Made by a program: the position numbers and the translations under genes. From Catajapyx aquilonaris (lineage: Eukaryota), in contig JYFJ02001773.1 of the NCBI GenBank assembly GCA_000934665.2, positions 1 through 64,000 of the forward strand: a DNA stretch of 64,000 nt, given 5' to 3'. The notes below the pieces were generated by a model. The model did not search any database. It worked only from the letters and a program-made list of their open reading frames with translations, and was not told where the DNA came from. The number at the start of each line of letters is the position of its first letter. Positions within the stretch are counted from its first letter, which is position 1. Positions 52,179 through 64,000 of the stretch are shown one piece after another.

Positions 52179-55100
52179 TTACTTCCCAACTTTGGCTAAA
52201 AACGCTGACACTGGCTCCCAAATGGGCTCTGGCTTCTTTATGAAAATGTATACTCCACTCCCAGCTGCTAGTCCAAGAACAGCCAGAATGAAGAATCGCT
52301 TCCGCTGAGAGCGCTTGGGAGAAGATGAAACCAGGTCTGCCGACACATACTCTGGATTGCCACTGATCTGTGAAATGATATGTGAATGATTGTACATCCC
52401 CAATATATTTCCAAAATGACGTTTACCTTATTCATCTGCTTGAGAAAGTAGACGTTCTCCTCATTGAGAGCCTGGCAGGCCTCGACAGACATCTTAAGCT
52501 GGTCACAAAGCTGCTGCACATTGCAGGTCTCCTTCCCCAGCTCCAAGATCTTTGGATTATTCTCAACTGCCGTTCGCATGTATCCATACTGTTGCACTAT
52601 GTACTTAAGGTGCTTGGTCACGTTGGCTGTTGTTGCCACTAGATCTGGACATCTGAAAGCAAAAATTGTCAACATTTGACAACTATACCTTTTAAGACAA
52701 ATGGTCTTTATGGTGCTATACAAAAGGAATGCAGTAGACCCACAAAGCAGGATAGTGTGTAACAATACCCGTAACAATGCTTCAGAGTCATTCGACTTAC
52801 GAAATATCAGGCACCATTGCACACCTAACAAGTTTCGCTTGCAAGAAGGTATAGAGATGACTATTTCAAGCCATATTTCCAACTCAAAAGGCATGCATGC
52901 CAAGAGTAGACACTGGGTGTCCTGAAAAAAAATATTGGCACCTGGCACTGCCGTGTTGTGTAATCACTCCGCCTACTCAGCGTAAAAATAATAAAAAAAC
53001 TTTTCCAAACTGTCTTGGCACCTTCTACATTTGTTTTGTTTAGTGGAACAATAGTAAAACCTTGTAATTTTTTCTAAATCGTCCAGGCCAGCTTCAGTAT
53101 TGGCTGTTCCAACTGTTTAGACTGAAAGGCACAAGGCAGAAGTCATGGCTGCACTGCTGTTCCAGTTTTAGATTCCACAGTAAAAATAGCTAGGCAACAC
53201 CAACTGTGGAACATTCTAATATCACGTGGCATGCTTTACCTACTTATCACAGTACAAACACGTGAATTATTTTCTACCAAGCTGACTGCTTGCTAACATT
53301 ACCAAAGTGTACTGGCATTGCCTGGAACAGACATGGTGCTGCATTTGTACTATGCCAAAAGGGAACCTAGTTAGACGTCAGATATCAAGGGGAATTTCTG
53401 CCCAGTATTGCCTTTCACATTTACAACTGCAGCCACGAGAAAGTTCATGCCAGGTATCCCATTTGAAGCCAACATAAAAACGGCTGCAAGCTCACGTGAG
53501 GAGTCCCTTATTGTCAATGGCGGGCAAGCTGCTCTTCTCCCAATGCTGCAGGTTAAACCTCTTGATGCAATCCAGGATCTTTCTCCTGGCCCCAAGTTCT
53601 GTAATGCCCACTCGGTCCAGGTCCTTCTCATCCATTGTCTGGAAGATCAGGAAGTCCACCTTGTGGCGCTTGAACAAGTGCAGGTACTCAGTCAGGCCAA
53701 GACCAGTCAGTACTGTGTCGAGCTCAGACGAAAGGCTCGTGGTCGAAGAATCGTCACGCTTGGTTGGGGCACCCAGGCCATTCAGGACGGAAGGGTCCTG
53801 GCCAACCTTCCACTCATTCTGTATCACACTGTTGAGGATCTCTGAGATCTGGTAAAGGAAGAAATGAATGCCCTTATTAACCCCTTACAGGTTGAAATAA
53901 TGAAGATCTGCAATGTCGACTTCAAAAATTAACGCTAAAATGAAATGAAACATAAATCAAAATCGGTTACTTACAGCTTCATGACCTGCAAAGTAGGCAT
54001 GATTGGCTGCAGTCTGTGCATTCTGGCAGGTGACAGTTGGATCAGAACCAGCCTTCAACAGAGCTCTAACCAGGTGGCCATGACCCTTGTTGGCTGCCCA
54101 CATGAGAGCCTAGAAAGGAAGATTACTTTGATATCTTACCTCCTAATATTTATAGCAAGGCAATGGTTTAAGATTAAAATTAATACACAATTACAGTCAC
54201 ATGTGCACATTTTTTTAAACACGATACTAAAATGCTTGTCATTTATAGTCTCTGCTTACTGTCCATCCATGATTGTCTTGCTTCTCAAAGGCTGCCCCAG
54301 CTGCCAACAGTTTTCTGGTAACTTCGAGTTTTCCCTCTCTGCAGGCAAACATGAGACCAGTCATTTTGTGCTTCTCGGTGGCATTAACATTGGCTCCTGC
54401 ACCCAGAATGACCTCAACAACTTCCACCACATCAGACTCCTTACTGACACCAGCCACACATGCAGCCATCAGAGGAGTAAATGAATCTGAAAGAGTGGAC
54501 GAGGATTGGTTAAAAAAATTAATCTGAAAATGATGATCACCCATTCTAACCAGGTCACTCTTTTTTTTTTTTTGCTGTCTGGGACGCAGTTTTGTTACAG
54601 TTATAATTCTTCTGCGTCATCTATGACTTACTACTCCTTTTTTAGGAAGTTATCCTATTGTTCTTGTTTTTTCAATCAGCAACAAAGATGCTTTCAAGTT
54701 AAATCATATTTGGCCCATGATCATTGTGTGCAATTGGGATTTGTTTCATAATGCAATATCATGCCAAATTCTATGGCTATAATTATGTGTTCCTATTTTC
54801 TGGCTAGTGCACATGTGAATATGATTAGGGATGGATAAATTCCAGAAACATTTTCTCTCCTTTCCAATCTGACTTGTTGCCAAGGTCTTTCCGCGCTTCT
54901 ACCCTGAGTATTCATCACCGCAACGAGAGTTGATTCATCCAGAAAGGTCAGTAAGCAATTTTTAGCCAGCTGGTTGCTCCCTCCTTGCCGTTGGCCTGTG
55001 TCCAAGCAAAGCATTTCCTCTATCTCTCAAAGGTACAGCAATCTCTTGCTCACCCACTCTCACCTTTGTGGACATTGGGGTCTGCTCCCTCTTGGATCAG

Positions 55101-58100
55101 AAGACGAGCAATTTCATGTTGACCTCGGCCGCATGCATACATCAAGGGTGTCCATTCATCCTTCATTGGCTCATTGATTTTAATACCTGCAATAAGAAAG
55201 GGCAACTACATAATCTTTGAAGCTATCACTTACTTCCCAAAGCTTATAGTTAAAAATGGTTGCACAGATGCACAATATTGACAGTAATTTACTTTTCTCA
55301 AGTTCTCTTGCAATTAGCATTATTTACTTAAGAATAGTTTCTTGCACAAAATATCTAATTGCTTCCTTCTATAAATATAAATGTACTCTTACAAAATGCC
55401 TAATGTCAATGGCCATGGTTTAGGTGAGCTGAACCATGTGTGGCTCAGCCAACAATAACACTGACTGGACTAACTTTGTTACAAGCATCCTAAAAGCCAA
55501 CAAGGGCTCTTGCTCTTAGCCTTAATGACTGGCAAAGCACTTACAGTGTTAAGAGAAATTGAAAATGCATTCCATAAGAAGCAATAATAATTGTAAAGAA
55601 CTTCAACTGTCACCTACATTTATTTCTATGTTATTCTAATGAAATAAGTAGGTAGCCATCTTGTACTTTTCTTCCTACCAAATATATTTCTGCCAACAAG
55701 AGCCTGTCATACAAACTGTAACTTCGGTATGTGTCAAAAATCATATATAAGTTCAGTACCATTCCTTTATGACAGCATCCTTTTAAATTTCAGATAAATA
55801 TGAGGGGATGGAATAGTCTGCATAAGTTTTCTAGACAAGCAAAAAATTCTCTTGCTGATCACATTCACTTAATACGTAAGCAACACATCTATACACCTGC
55901 ACTTTCTAAAATTACAGGGTATCTCAAGACAATACTTCAGGACTCACCCTTCTTGAGGCAATCTCGGACCAAAGGCAGGTTCCCATGCATGATGGCCATC
56001 CGCATTTCCTCTACATCTTGCAGCCTGGGTTTTGGAGGTGGCTGGGGCTTCGGAGGAGTCTGCTGTTTTGGAGGTGTCTGTGGCTTTGGAGGAGGTTGCT
56101 TTGGCTGAGGCGGAGGCTGCGGCTGAGTGGGTGACTGGACCTGCCTGGGTGACTGGACCTGCGGCTTGGGAGGGGATCGGTTAACTTGCTTTGGAGGTGT
56201 TGGTTCCCTTGAACCCCCGCTGGAGGACTCCTCCTCCTCCTCTTCCTCCTCTTCTTCAGAGGATTCCTCTGCTTCACCATTGACTTCTGGTGGAGGAGGA
56301 CCCCTCTGAATGAGAGTACGCAATGGAGGCTGCGCCGGCCTAGGTGTCGGCTTAGGTTCAACCTTTGGCTCTGGCTTGGGTTCTGGCTTCTGAGCTGGCT
56401 TCACAACTGGCTTTGCCTCTGGCTCAGCTGGTTTGGGTTTGGTTGGGCTTGTGGCTGGTGATTGTTGGGGTGTACCTGGTTTTGCAGGTGACTTTTGCGG
56501 GGGCCAAGATGGCAGATCCTATAAGTAAAAAATTTCCTTAATAAAAACCTGACAAATGGCAGCATACTACTCAGAGATGGAGCACAACATGTTACCAAAT
56601 GTGCAACTGAACAATGTTGTTTGACATGCCGAGAGTACAGTATTACAAAAGATGAATAAGAGTGAAGTACAGTGTTGGTCATATATCGAGGCAACCGCCA
56701 GCGACATTTTCCGAAGCGGCAGAAGAAGGATTCGAAGATAAGCATACTTCAAGCATGGGCGGGCAAGATTCCTTCTTCTGCCGCTTCGGAAAATGTCGCT
56801 GGCGGTTGCCTCGATATATGGCCAACACTGTACCTGAAATTAGAATTCAATATGATTATAATTTTATACTGCCACTTGGAAATGACATACATGTCACAAC
56901 TACATAGATGGAAAATTAGGTAAGCCAAAACAATTCCGTATTTAGAACTGTTGCAGGAGGTGGATTTTACTTTTGTATATCAATTCTTTGACAGCAAATA
57001 TCAAACCAGACTATCGTTAACTGGTCTTGCCTTTCTACGTAAACTTGACACTTCCATAACCATCAAAATTACAAGCATAATTCATCTATAAAGGGATCTG
57101 CCCTCATTTTGTGAGGTAGCCAACCTTTCTGAATATGCTGCCCCAGACAAAACTTCGTAGAGTGTCTGCAGATCTCATGCCCAGATAATACAGTACACGG
57201 AGGATAGAAATAGAGGCGAAACTCACAAGAGAGAGACAACAAGCTCAAAAATAGATGTTTACACACTTGCACAGACACATTGTTCAGGAAATAGCAGTAA
57301 CAGGAAACAATAACCGAGTCAATAGTAACTTCCTCGTAAGGCAGTTCACTAATACCGGTCAGCTGCGATGTTCAAGCATCCTAACCCAGTAGAATCATTG
57401 GCACATTTACATGTAGGCCTAATGCGGGACCTAGAACAGCAACTGAAGTGAAAACCTACATGTAAATTAGAGTAGTACAAATGCATTAACTCTGGAATGT
57501 CTAGCAAAGATTAGCTTCTTGCTACTGACAACAGTGGATATCATTCAACACTGCTTGAATGGCAACTTCCTAAAATGCTGAGCAGCATTTTGAGCCCATA
57601 TTCCACACTACACTGAACTTACCTTTTTGCCCCCAGCATTAACTTCCCACCGCCTCGCCGCCATCTCGCCCAATAACCTGCACTGATAATGCCCTCTCTT
57701 GCGTCAACTCTGGAGTGTAGTCGACCGGCCGACTCACAACACACTTCCCCTGGCCAACCAAATAAAAAGGCAGGGGTCCAGACGAAGCCTACGACCTAAG
57801 CTCCCCAAAAGCAACCCAAGCTAGAAACCCTTCTATTTACAGTCTACATGCTGGGAACACTGCCAATCTACATCACTCTTTTTGACTCTCCCCCCCATCT
57901 TGCCCCTTTTCCCTTCTTCCTTTTGACAATTGAGGGCAGAAGCATATGCTCACCTAGACAAGCTACCTACGTGCTATTTATGTGCAACTATTCAGCCCCC
58001 CCACCCCTTCCAAGCAGCTGCAATTAAAGTACAGCGGAAAATGAACCCAAGGTAATTGTCCCGTTTATTAATAGAATAGCCGGCAAGGATCGAGCTAATC

Positions 58101-59262
58101 TCAAACCCATAAAAAAAGGTAGGTTGGCGCAACAGTAGAGCAGAATATACAAAGAGCAAGATTCCCATACATGTTCCGAGTTAAGCCTGCAACTAATGCA
58201 TTATGATGTGTTTAAGCATGGGCATAATGTGTGCTTCCTTAACACATATGATGTGATTCCTGGCACTTGAAATACCTTTGCATCATTCATCCCTACAATT
58301 CAGTTCTGACTGCAAGCAAATTAACAGCTAATTCGAGCTCTGAAAAAAAAATGGGCGAGGTGATGGCAAGTGAAAAGCACTACTGGGTACTACCAACTAT
58401 TATTACTACTATTGTGACACAAGGCGCCTTCTAAATGTCGCAGGCTTACTGTAAATATTTACGAGTACAGTCACCTACAATCCAACCTCATCATGTCAGC
58501 GTGATCTCTGCGTCAGATACTTCCGAGCATTGGCCGCAATATGCATTGTAACAATTTGTCATTTCATCTACTGCATGATCATTTAGAAGTCATAATTTTG
58601 TATAAAAAAAATGAAGGTGTCACATACAAAGTAGCTATAACTTATTTTCTGCAATGGAATGCCCTCACTCTTAGATAAACACTCCCAATTAAACGGAAGC
58701 TGGAAACAATGTAAACGGTATTTAAGGATACGCTGCAACACATGCCATTCTCCAGATTCCAAAACAACTTCTGGGACATTTCCAAACCCTTCCATGAGTG
58801 TGAATGACATGAACCTGCCATGGTGGTTCTCTTTGTTCAAGCTCAGCAAGAGGTGACTATCTGATGACAAGTAAGGTGAACAGGTTCACAGATGCATTGC
58901 AGCTACAGATACCACAATCCTAGAATGTGGTCTATGATTGACATGCCCTTTTCCCATTTATTGCCCTGGGCGGCATCCAGGATGCCATTTTGCAAGATGC
59001 TGTCACCCATCGTGACGGTGCTCAGGCTTTTCTGGCACTAGCACAAGCGAGTACAAGGTATGGTTTTGATCGGGTGTCCCAAGACGGGCGTGGCCAAGCC
59101 CACCTGTAAATGCCTTTTTACCTTTCCGTCCCCCTGTCCTGTCGCCTCCATCCCATTAGTGCTTCTCTTCATCTCCTCCTCAGGCATGCACCTGTACATC
59201 TGGGCGATCTTATCCTCATCCTCCTCGCTCTCGCTGTCCTCAAACCCGGCAGGCATTGACAT
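52179..59262 (-). CDS. ASZ1: GASZ/ASZ1: ankyrin repeats, SAM domain, zipper-like region and C-terminal transmembrane anchor (piRNA pathway)
   Basis: Exons 56518-55948, 55186-55064, 54486-54260, 54109-53975, 53848-53496, 52652-52427 and 52367-52179 join in frame with GT-AG. Ankyrin motifs WTPLMYAC, FTPLMAAC, MTGLMFAC and WTALMWAA; SAM segment LDTVLTGLGLTEYLHLF...GARRKIL; TM tail FFILAVLGLAAGSGVYIFI. The first exon is probably 59262-59122 (MSMPAGFEDSESEEDED, like the acidic ASZ1 N-terminus) and is less certain than the rest. Confidence 0.9.
56670..56830. mobile_element. Tc1/mariner-type MITE in a GASZ intron (related to family B)
   Basis: TA|CAGTGTTGGTCATATATCGAGG...CCTCGATATATGGCCAACACTG|TA, with near-perfect arms of about 61 bp. 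The TIR resembles 9370-9618. Confidence 0.9.
57623..57664 (-). CDS. ASZ1: Candidate alternative first coding exon of GASZ (MAARRWEVNAGGKK)
   Basis: GAGATGGCGG start, 14 open codons, then the perfect donor AAG|GTAAGT in phase 0, which matches the acceptor at 56518. The leader is locally CpG-rich. Confidence 0.55.
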
Positions 59263-59648
59263 CTTCCTGAACGCTTCTCACTGCAAGCAGGAATCTGAAG
59301 ACAAAGGAATGGGAGCACGCCGCTGGCCGTGCACTGCCTCGTCGAATGTCGGGTAATCCTCCTGTCACATGAGAGGGTCAAGGCCGCTACCCCCGTCTGC
59401 TCCGATCGTCTCCTCAAGGTTGCACTATCCGGAGACCAGGCACACTTTCTACGAAGCCAGATGATGCACGACAGCACGAGGTGGGGTTCGAAAATGGTAT
59501 CGACATGAGCTACCTGCACGGTCTGAAGGAATATCCAAGATGGCCGCCTCCACCACATGGTGATGCACGGCAGTGACAGTGCACGGTACTCACTAGTCAG
59601 CTGGGTGAATGTGAAGAGGGTCCCCAGGCTCCAACAGGGTGCTTGTGG

Positions 59649-59936
59649 ATGTCCCTGCTGGCCAAAACCACGTTCGCGGTGGCCTGCACCATATCAGGGG
59701 GTATCATCTTCTACGTGCATTACAAGCAGCATGACGACAGGTATGCCATACCGCAACACACAGCCAATAACTATGTACATGGCCGGTATACCCACAGGCA
59801 GAAGCTGCACGAAGGTGTCGTGCGAGATATTGAGCGTCAACAGCGGCGCAAGATCGAGAACCTCCACCTGCTACAGAAACAAATTGATCTGACAAAGCAG
59901 CTGAAGAAGGACGCCACGCAGGAGGAGGGCAAATGA
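59649..59936 (+). CDS. PET117: PET117 cytochrome c oxidase assembly factor (76 aa, 2 exons)
   Basis: Exons 59649-59740 and 59798-59936 with a 57-nt GT-AG intron. The spliced product ...IIFYVHYKQHDDRQKLHEGVVRDIERQQRRKIENLHLLQKQIDLTKQL matches the PET117 family. Confidence 0.95.
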   Translation: MSLLAKTTFAVACTISGGIIFYVHYKQHDDRYAIPQHTANNYVHGRYTHRQKLHEGVVRDIERQQRRKIENLHLLQKQIDLTKQLKKDATQEEGK

Positions 59937-61269
59937 ATAGACTGGAGGTTTTGACACCATTGATATCTCCATTTATTGCAGAAAATAGTTGATTCGTCAC
60001 GAAGTGTAAAAACAGAAGGTGGTGTAACAAAAAAAGTTATTTGTTTCGCATCAACAGAAACATTATTGTGGAACTATGCGGGGGGAGGAGGAACAGGGTG
60101 GAGGAGGGGGGGGGAAAGGTTTTCTAAGAATGGATCATTCAGATCTAAAAACAAACATCCCTCTTTGGCAAATTGGATCAATCACAACCAACAAACGGCC
60201 AACTAGTACCCAGCCCTGAATTGTTGATTTACAATCCCTCTCGGATGGAATGTCTCATTTAATGTCCACTCTCTCTCTCTTACCTGCCCATCATATAAAA
60301 TAAATCTATCTGGTATGTACACAATTGGTTGAAACAAATTTGACTTTTACGGTAGCACAACAATATGAAAATAAATAACCGTTCACACTCATGCAAGACA
60401 AGTCTAATGAACTAGTTGCTAAAAATCCACGACACTGGTTCAGACAATCCTAATGCATGTTGACTAGATGATAATGACCACTTGTTTTATTACTTTCAAA
60501 ACCCAACTTGTGTTTTCATGTCGCGTGTCCATGTGTGTAAAATATGTGTTGGTAGCCGCAGCTCATCGTAACAGTTATTGCAATGCCACCGAGAATGCAA
60601 ATCTCTTGAAAATTTGAACTCGCACAATGCTTGGTAGCGATTAAAAGTTTAAAAATTGATTAGACACATGTTAAATACCAGGGACAATACCAGTAGTTAA
60701 CAAAGGTCTGCATTCCAGACGATGCAGCCTGTTAGATACATAGTTGGCAATGTCTAGGAATCAGGGCAAGGGACTTGATATAACAATTAACCTCTGCAAC
60801 AACAATTAACATGAGAGGCGAGCATTGTATAGTCACAAGCTACTGACCGCAGCTGGTGCACTTGCAAAAGAGGATACATAGTGTCTCTTTATTTACAGAA
60901 AAGTATCAGCATGTGAACCCGAGTGATGAAAGAGTGTATACTACAGCGGAAGCCTACTCTTTGGCTTTGCAAAACGAGTATTTCAAGTGGGTGAGTCTAA
61001 AGGACATGTGACTACGTAACATAATACTGACACAGGGGTTGGAAATAGAGAGTTGTAAAACATCCACAGAGAAAGAGTAAAACTGTCCAGCGTTAGGGGC
61101 AAACAATCATTCCTCTTGTTGACTTTTTTTCTTCTTTCTTGAGAGCAATGTTTTCTCAGATGTTTAGTTTACAACTCACCTTTCACTCCCCTGGACACCA
61201 AACCCGAATGGTAGGGGTGGTGGCGGGCGTTGACCGTCCGGACTGGGAGCGCGATGAGTTGGCCCACCC

Positions 61270-62699
61270 TCATGGTGGGGAGGAGAGCTTGATGGCTTCA
61301 TACATGCGCCGGGCTTGGATCCGAATGTCCTCATTCTTGTGCTGGTTCATCAACACAAATGACTTGTTGCGCATCTTCTCGCTTGTATTGACACCATAGA
61401 TGGCTGCATACCTGCTGGCGAGCCGTGAAATGGGGGGAGGAGTGGAAGGATCAGTTGATGAAAGAGGGTTTCACTGTGCCCTGAATCCTTATACAACATC
61501 CACTACTCTTACGGATTAGATTTCAGGACAACAGCAATATGATCTACTCACATGGTCTCCGGAGAGGCAGCCTTGTCCTCTGCAGGCAGGTCAATAGTGG
61601 GGTCGAGGCAGAGCTGTTTGGCAGTTGTGGTGAGATTGGCAAGCAGGGTAACTACCCTTAGCAGCACATCCTCATGAGTTGCAGGGTCTAGCAAGTAAAT
61701 GAGCCTACGAGGTGCCTGTGCAGCGAGCAGAGAGGGCACCATGTCTTCATTGACCGACAAGTTGACCAACAGCTTCAGGGCCTGGAGTTTGGTCTGAGGT
61801 GCACCCAATTCCACCAGGGCATACAGGTCATGCAGGATAGGGTAGAATTCGTCATGCCAGTCAGGAAGAGCTGCTACATTTGTCAGGCACTGCATCGAGG
61901 CCAGAAGGAACTTGTCGTTGCGCTCATCGCGGTTCACGAATGATATCAAGATTGGGATTGCATTCTGCAAAAATTAAGTGACCCCAATATGAGTACATGT
62001 TTACAAGTTTTGATATGACCTATCCTTGCCTTGAGTTCCCTTTGATTCTGCTGGTTGAGTGCCATGTTCCCAAGGGCCTGTATGCAAACAAGCCTGACAG
62101 ATGGGTTGTGATGAGTGAGGAGATTCTGCAGACGCAAGAGACAACCTGCTTCCCTCAGGCAGTCCTGATTGGCTGAGAAGGTGGCACAGTTTCCAATCGT
62201 CACCAGTGTCCTCTCCAGAAGTTTCTCCTCCTAAGGAAGAAGCAAGGCATTACCCTAAATTCTTGGTCACATGTCACCAATCACCAACCTTTGAGTATAA
62301 CAGTGCAACTAGACTCTTGGCCTCATGTGGGGTCATGACCCTCCCCCTAAAGCTGAGTGAATCCAGCTTGAGCCTAAGCTCCTCCTCCCCATCCCTCAGC
62401 AACTTCTCTGCCTCTTTCTCTGCCTTCAGATACCCCTCTTCCACGTCAGGGTCCATCTCCGGAGCTGACCCACCGCTGGCCCCACCTGTGGCTGTGGTCA
62501 GCAGGAGGGCCCCTGGTTCAGGACTATGTCTCTGGCTACTGCTCCCAGCCAGAGAGCGCCTAGACCACTTGCGACGCAGTGGGGAACTAGAGGGAGTCAT
62601 GTCCCCAGTCACCACCATCAGGTTCTCCGTGGAGCGGCTGGCCAGGAAATGGCGGACATCCACTGGGCTCAGAATGCGAGGGGAGCTCCATGGAGAACA
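61270..62699 (-). CDS. ARMC10: Armadillo-repeat protein, ARMC10/ARMCX-like (3' part, 388 aa; 5' exons not identified)
   Basis: Exons 62699-62289, 62230-62030, 61964-61552 and 61411-61270 join in frame, with one GC-AG intron. The motifs LVTIGNCATFSANQDCLREAG, ALGNMALNQQNQRELK and KLQALKLLVNLSVNEDMVPSLLAAQAP resemble the ARMC10/ARMCX armadillo region. Confidence 0.8.
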
Positions 62700-64000
62700 C
62701 TAGAATGGAAAAGGGGATTAGTAAGGACCACCAACACATCATTGCAAGGATGCAGATTAGTCAATGAGTCCTTTGTCACACACACAAGTCACGTTAATTA
62801 CTGGAAATGCGACATGCAGTCACCAAAGTGAAGAATAAAGGTGCAGGTACTGTTACAGTAGTTCAAACCAGTTTATAAAATAGTGGAGGACAGGAATTAC
62901 AGTGTGTCAGTGTCAAACTGTCAGTTTGTATTGCGCAATTGATTAGTGAAACCAGAACACGTGGTCGATCTTTTTTAACCAATGTATTAACCACGTTTGT
63001 GGACGTTTCAGAACATTATTATCAACTAAGAAAAACAAAGGTAAACCCCTTGTTCTAAATTTACTTTCAATCCCACAATCGGGCATAATCACTCAAATGT
63101 TACTGACTGTCAGTGCTGAAGTCAGGAGGAAAGTAATTGTACTACTGTAACTGTTACATTGTGGGTGATTGACCAGAACTTCTAATTACAGTATCAATTC
63201 AAGTTTAAAAATATGTCCTGCATGAAAAACATGCCAAGGCAAGTGTGAAATACTCAATACAATTTATGCAGAACTTTTCGTTAAGTCAACTGTGAATTAA
63301 ACTGTCACAATGTCAAGAGGTGCTTTTTGTTCCCTCCTGTATAAATATTAATTGTAGGGTTAGATGGTGCACTTAACAAATGTTTCGACTGAACTTGGCG
63401 AACCTTTGTACTGGAGGTCTGAAAGTTGTAATAGTCAGTTCATTATTCTTCTACTTATGTCATGTTCAGCAGAATCTAGGTTAAAGTCTTAAACACTTTA
63501 GTGTTAGCTTATGGTGTCAGTACTGCACATTCACAAACACCTCAATAAATTCTTACCACATTTATTCTCAGGTAGTCAAATCAACTCCCTATAACACAAA
63601 TAATGAAATTGTTTACATCATGAAATGGAACAGTAACCATAAATGTTTCACTACCACCCTAATATTTACTGTGTGCAGTAATAAAATTATTACCTACTTG
63701 TGTCCATCGGTATGTAATGTAACTTCTGTGGACGGGAGTGAAAAGTAGGCAGATAAATGGAGGGGATGGGGCAACGGCTGTGAAATAAGTGCAACCTCCA
63801 CTACATGCCTTGAATTGCATTCAACTTCGCAACATGCATGCCACCCTAATTCATTACCAGTTGAGTACACATGTGAAGCACATCTTTCCATCTGGCTGCA
63901 TATGTATGGCCAACCAGATTGGGCAGAGGTTCATTTGGGTGTATCCCAATCAATGAGAAGCATACTTCTTGAGTAGTTGCCAACACATGAAATCCACGCA

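Noticed and set aside
58583..59040. Extra coding exons downstream of the 59262 exon
   Set aside because: The candidate splice sites do not join in a consistent frame and the peptides show no homology.
60923..61030. Plus-strand GTGATGA...CTGA as a C/D snoRNA
   Set aside because: It is antisense to the likely host transcript, has no recognisable rRNA guide, and the terminal stem is poorly placed.
63694..63891. 65-aa ORF as the upstream ARMC10-like exon
   Set aside because: Its donor phase does not match the acceptor at 62699, and there is no TM segment or homology.

Overview
Eukaryotic invertebrate genomic DNA, probably from an arthropod. The signs are short spliceosomal introns, (TTAGG)n-like repeats and mosaic CpG depletion. 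The window has two compartments. (1) About 1-46.2 kb is CpG-rich and holds no recognisable protein domain. It is packed with palindromic non-autonomous transposons (Tc1/mariner-, Kolobok- and Mutator-type MITEs, some nested). It also holds a non-autonomous Helitron, an LTR plus tRNA-Leu PBS remnant, a 30/42-bp minisatellite, a 492-nt poly(A) run, and several candidate first exons of a long minus-strand gene lying left of the window. (2) About 46.2-64 kb is CpG-poor outside promoters and gene-dense: SPRYD3 (+), the piRNA-pathway gene GASZ/ASZ1 (-), PET117 (+) and the 3' part of an ARMC10-like gene (-). I built the exon structures by hand from splice signals and frame continuity. I found no well-supported novel multi-gene system. 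The best leads are a three-copy palindromic element family carrying telomere-type repeats, an unusual GASZ with a Pro/Lys-rich insert and two candidate first exons, and an unannotated minus-strand transcript head-to-head with SPRYD3 that contains a structured segment.
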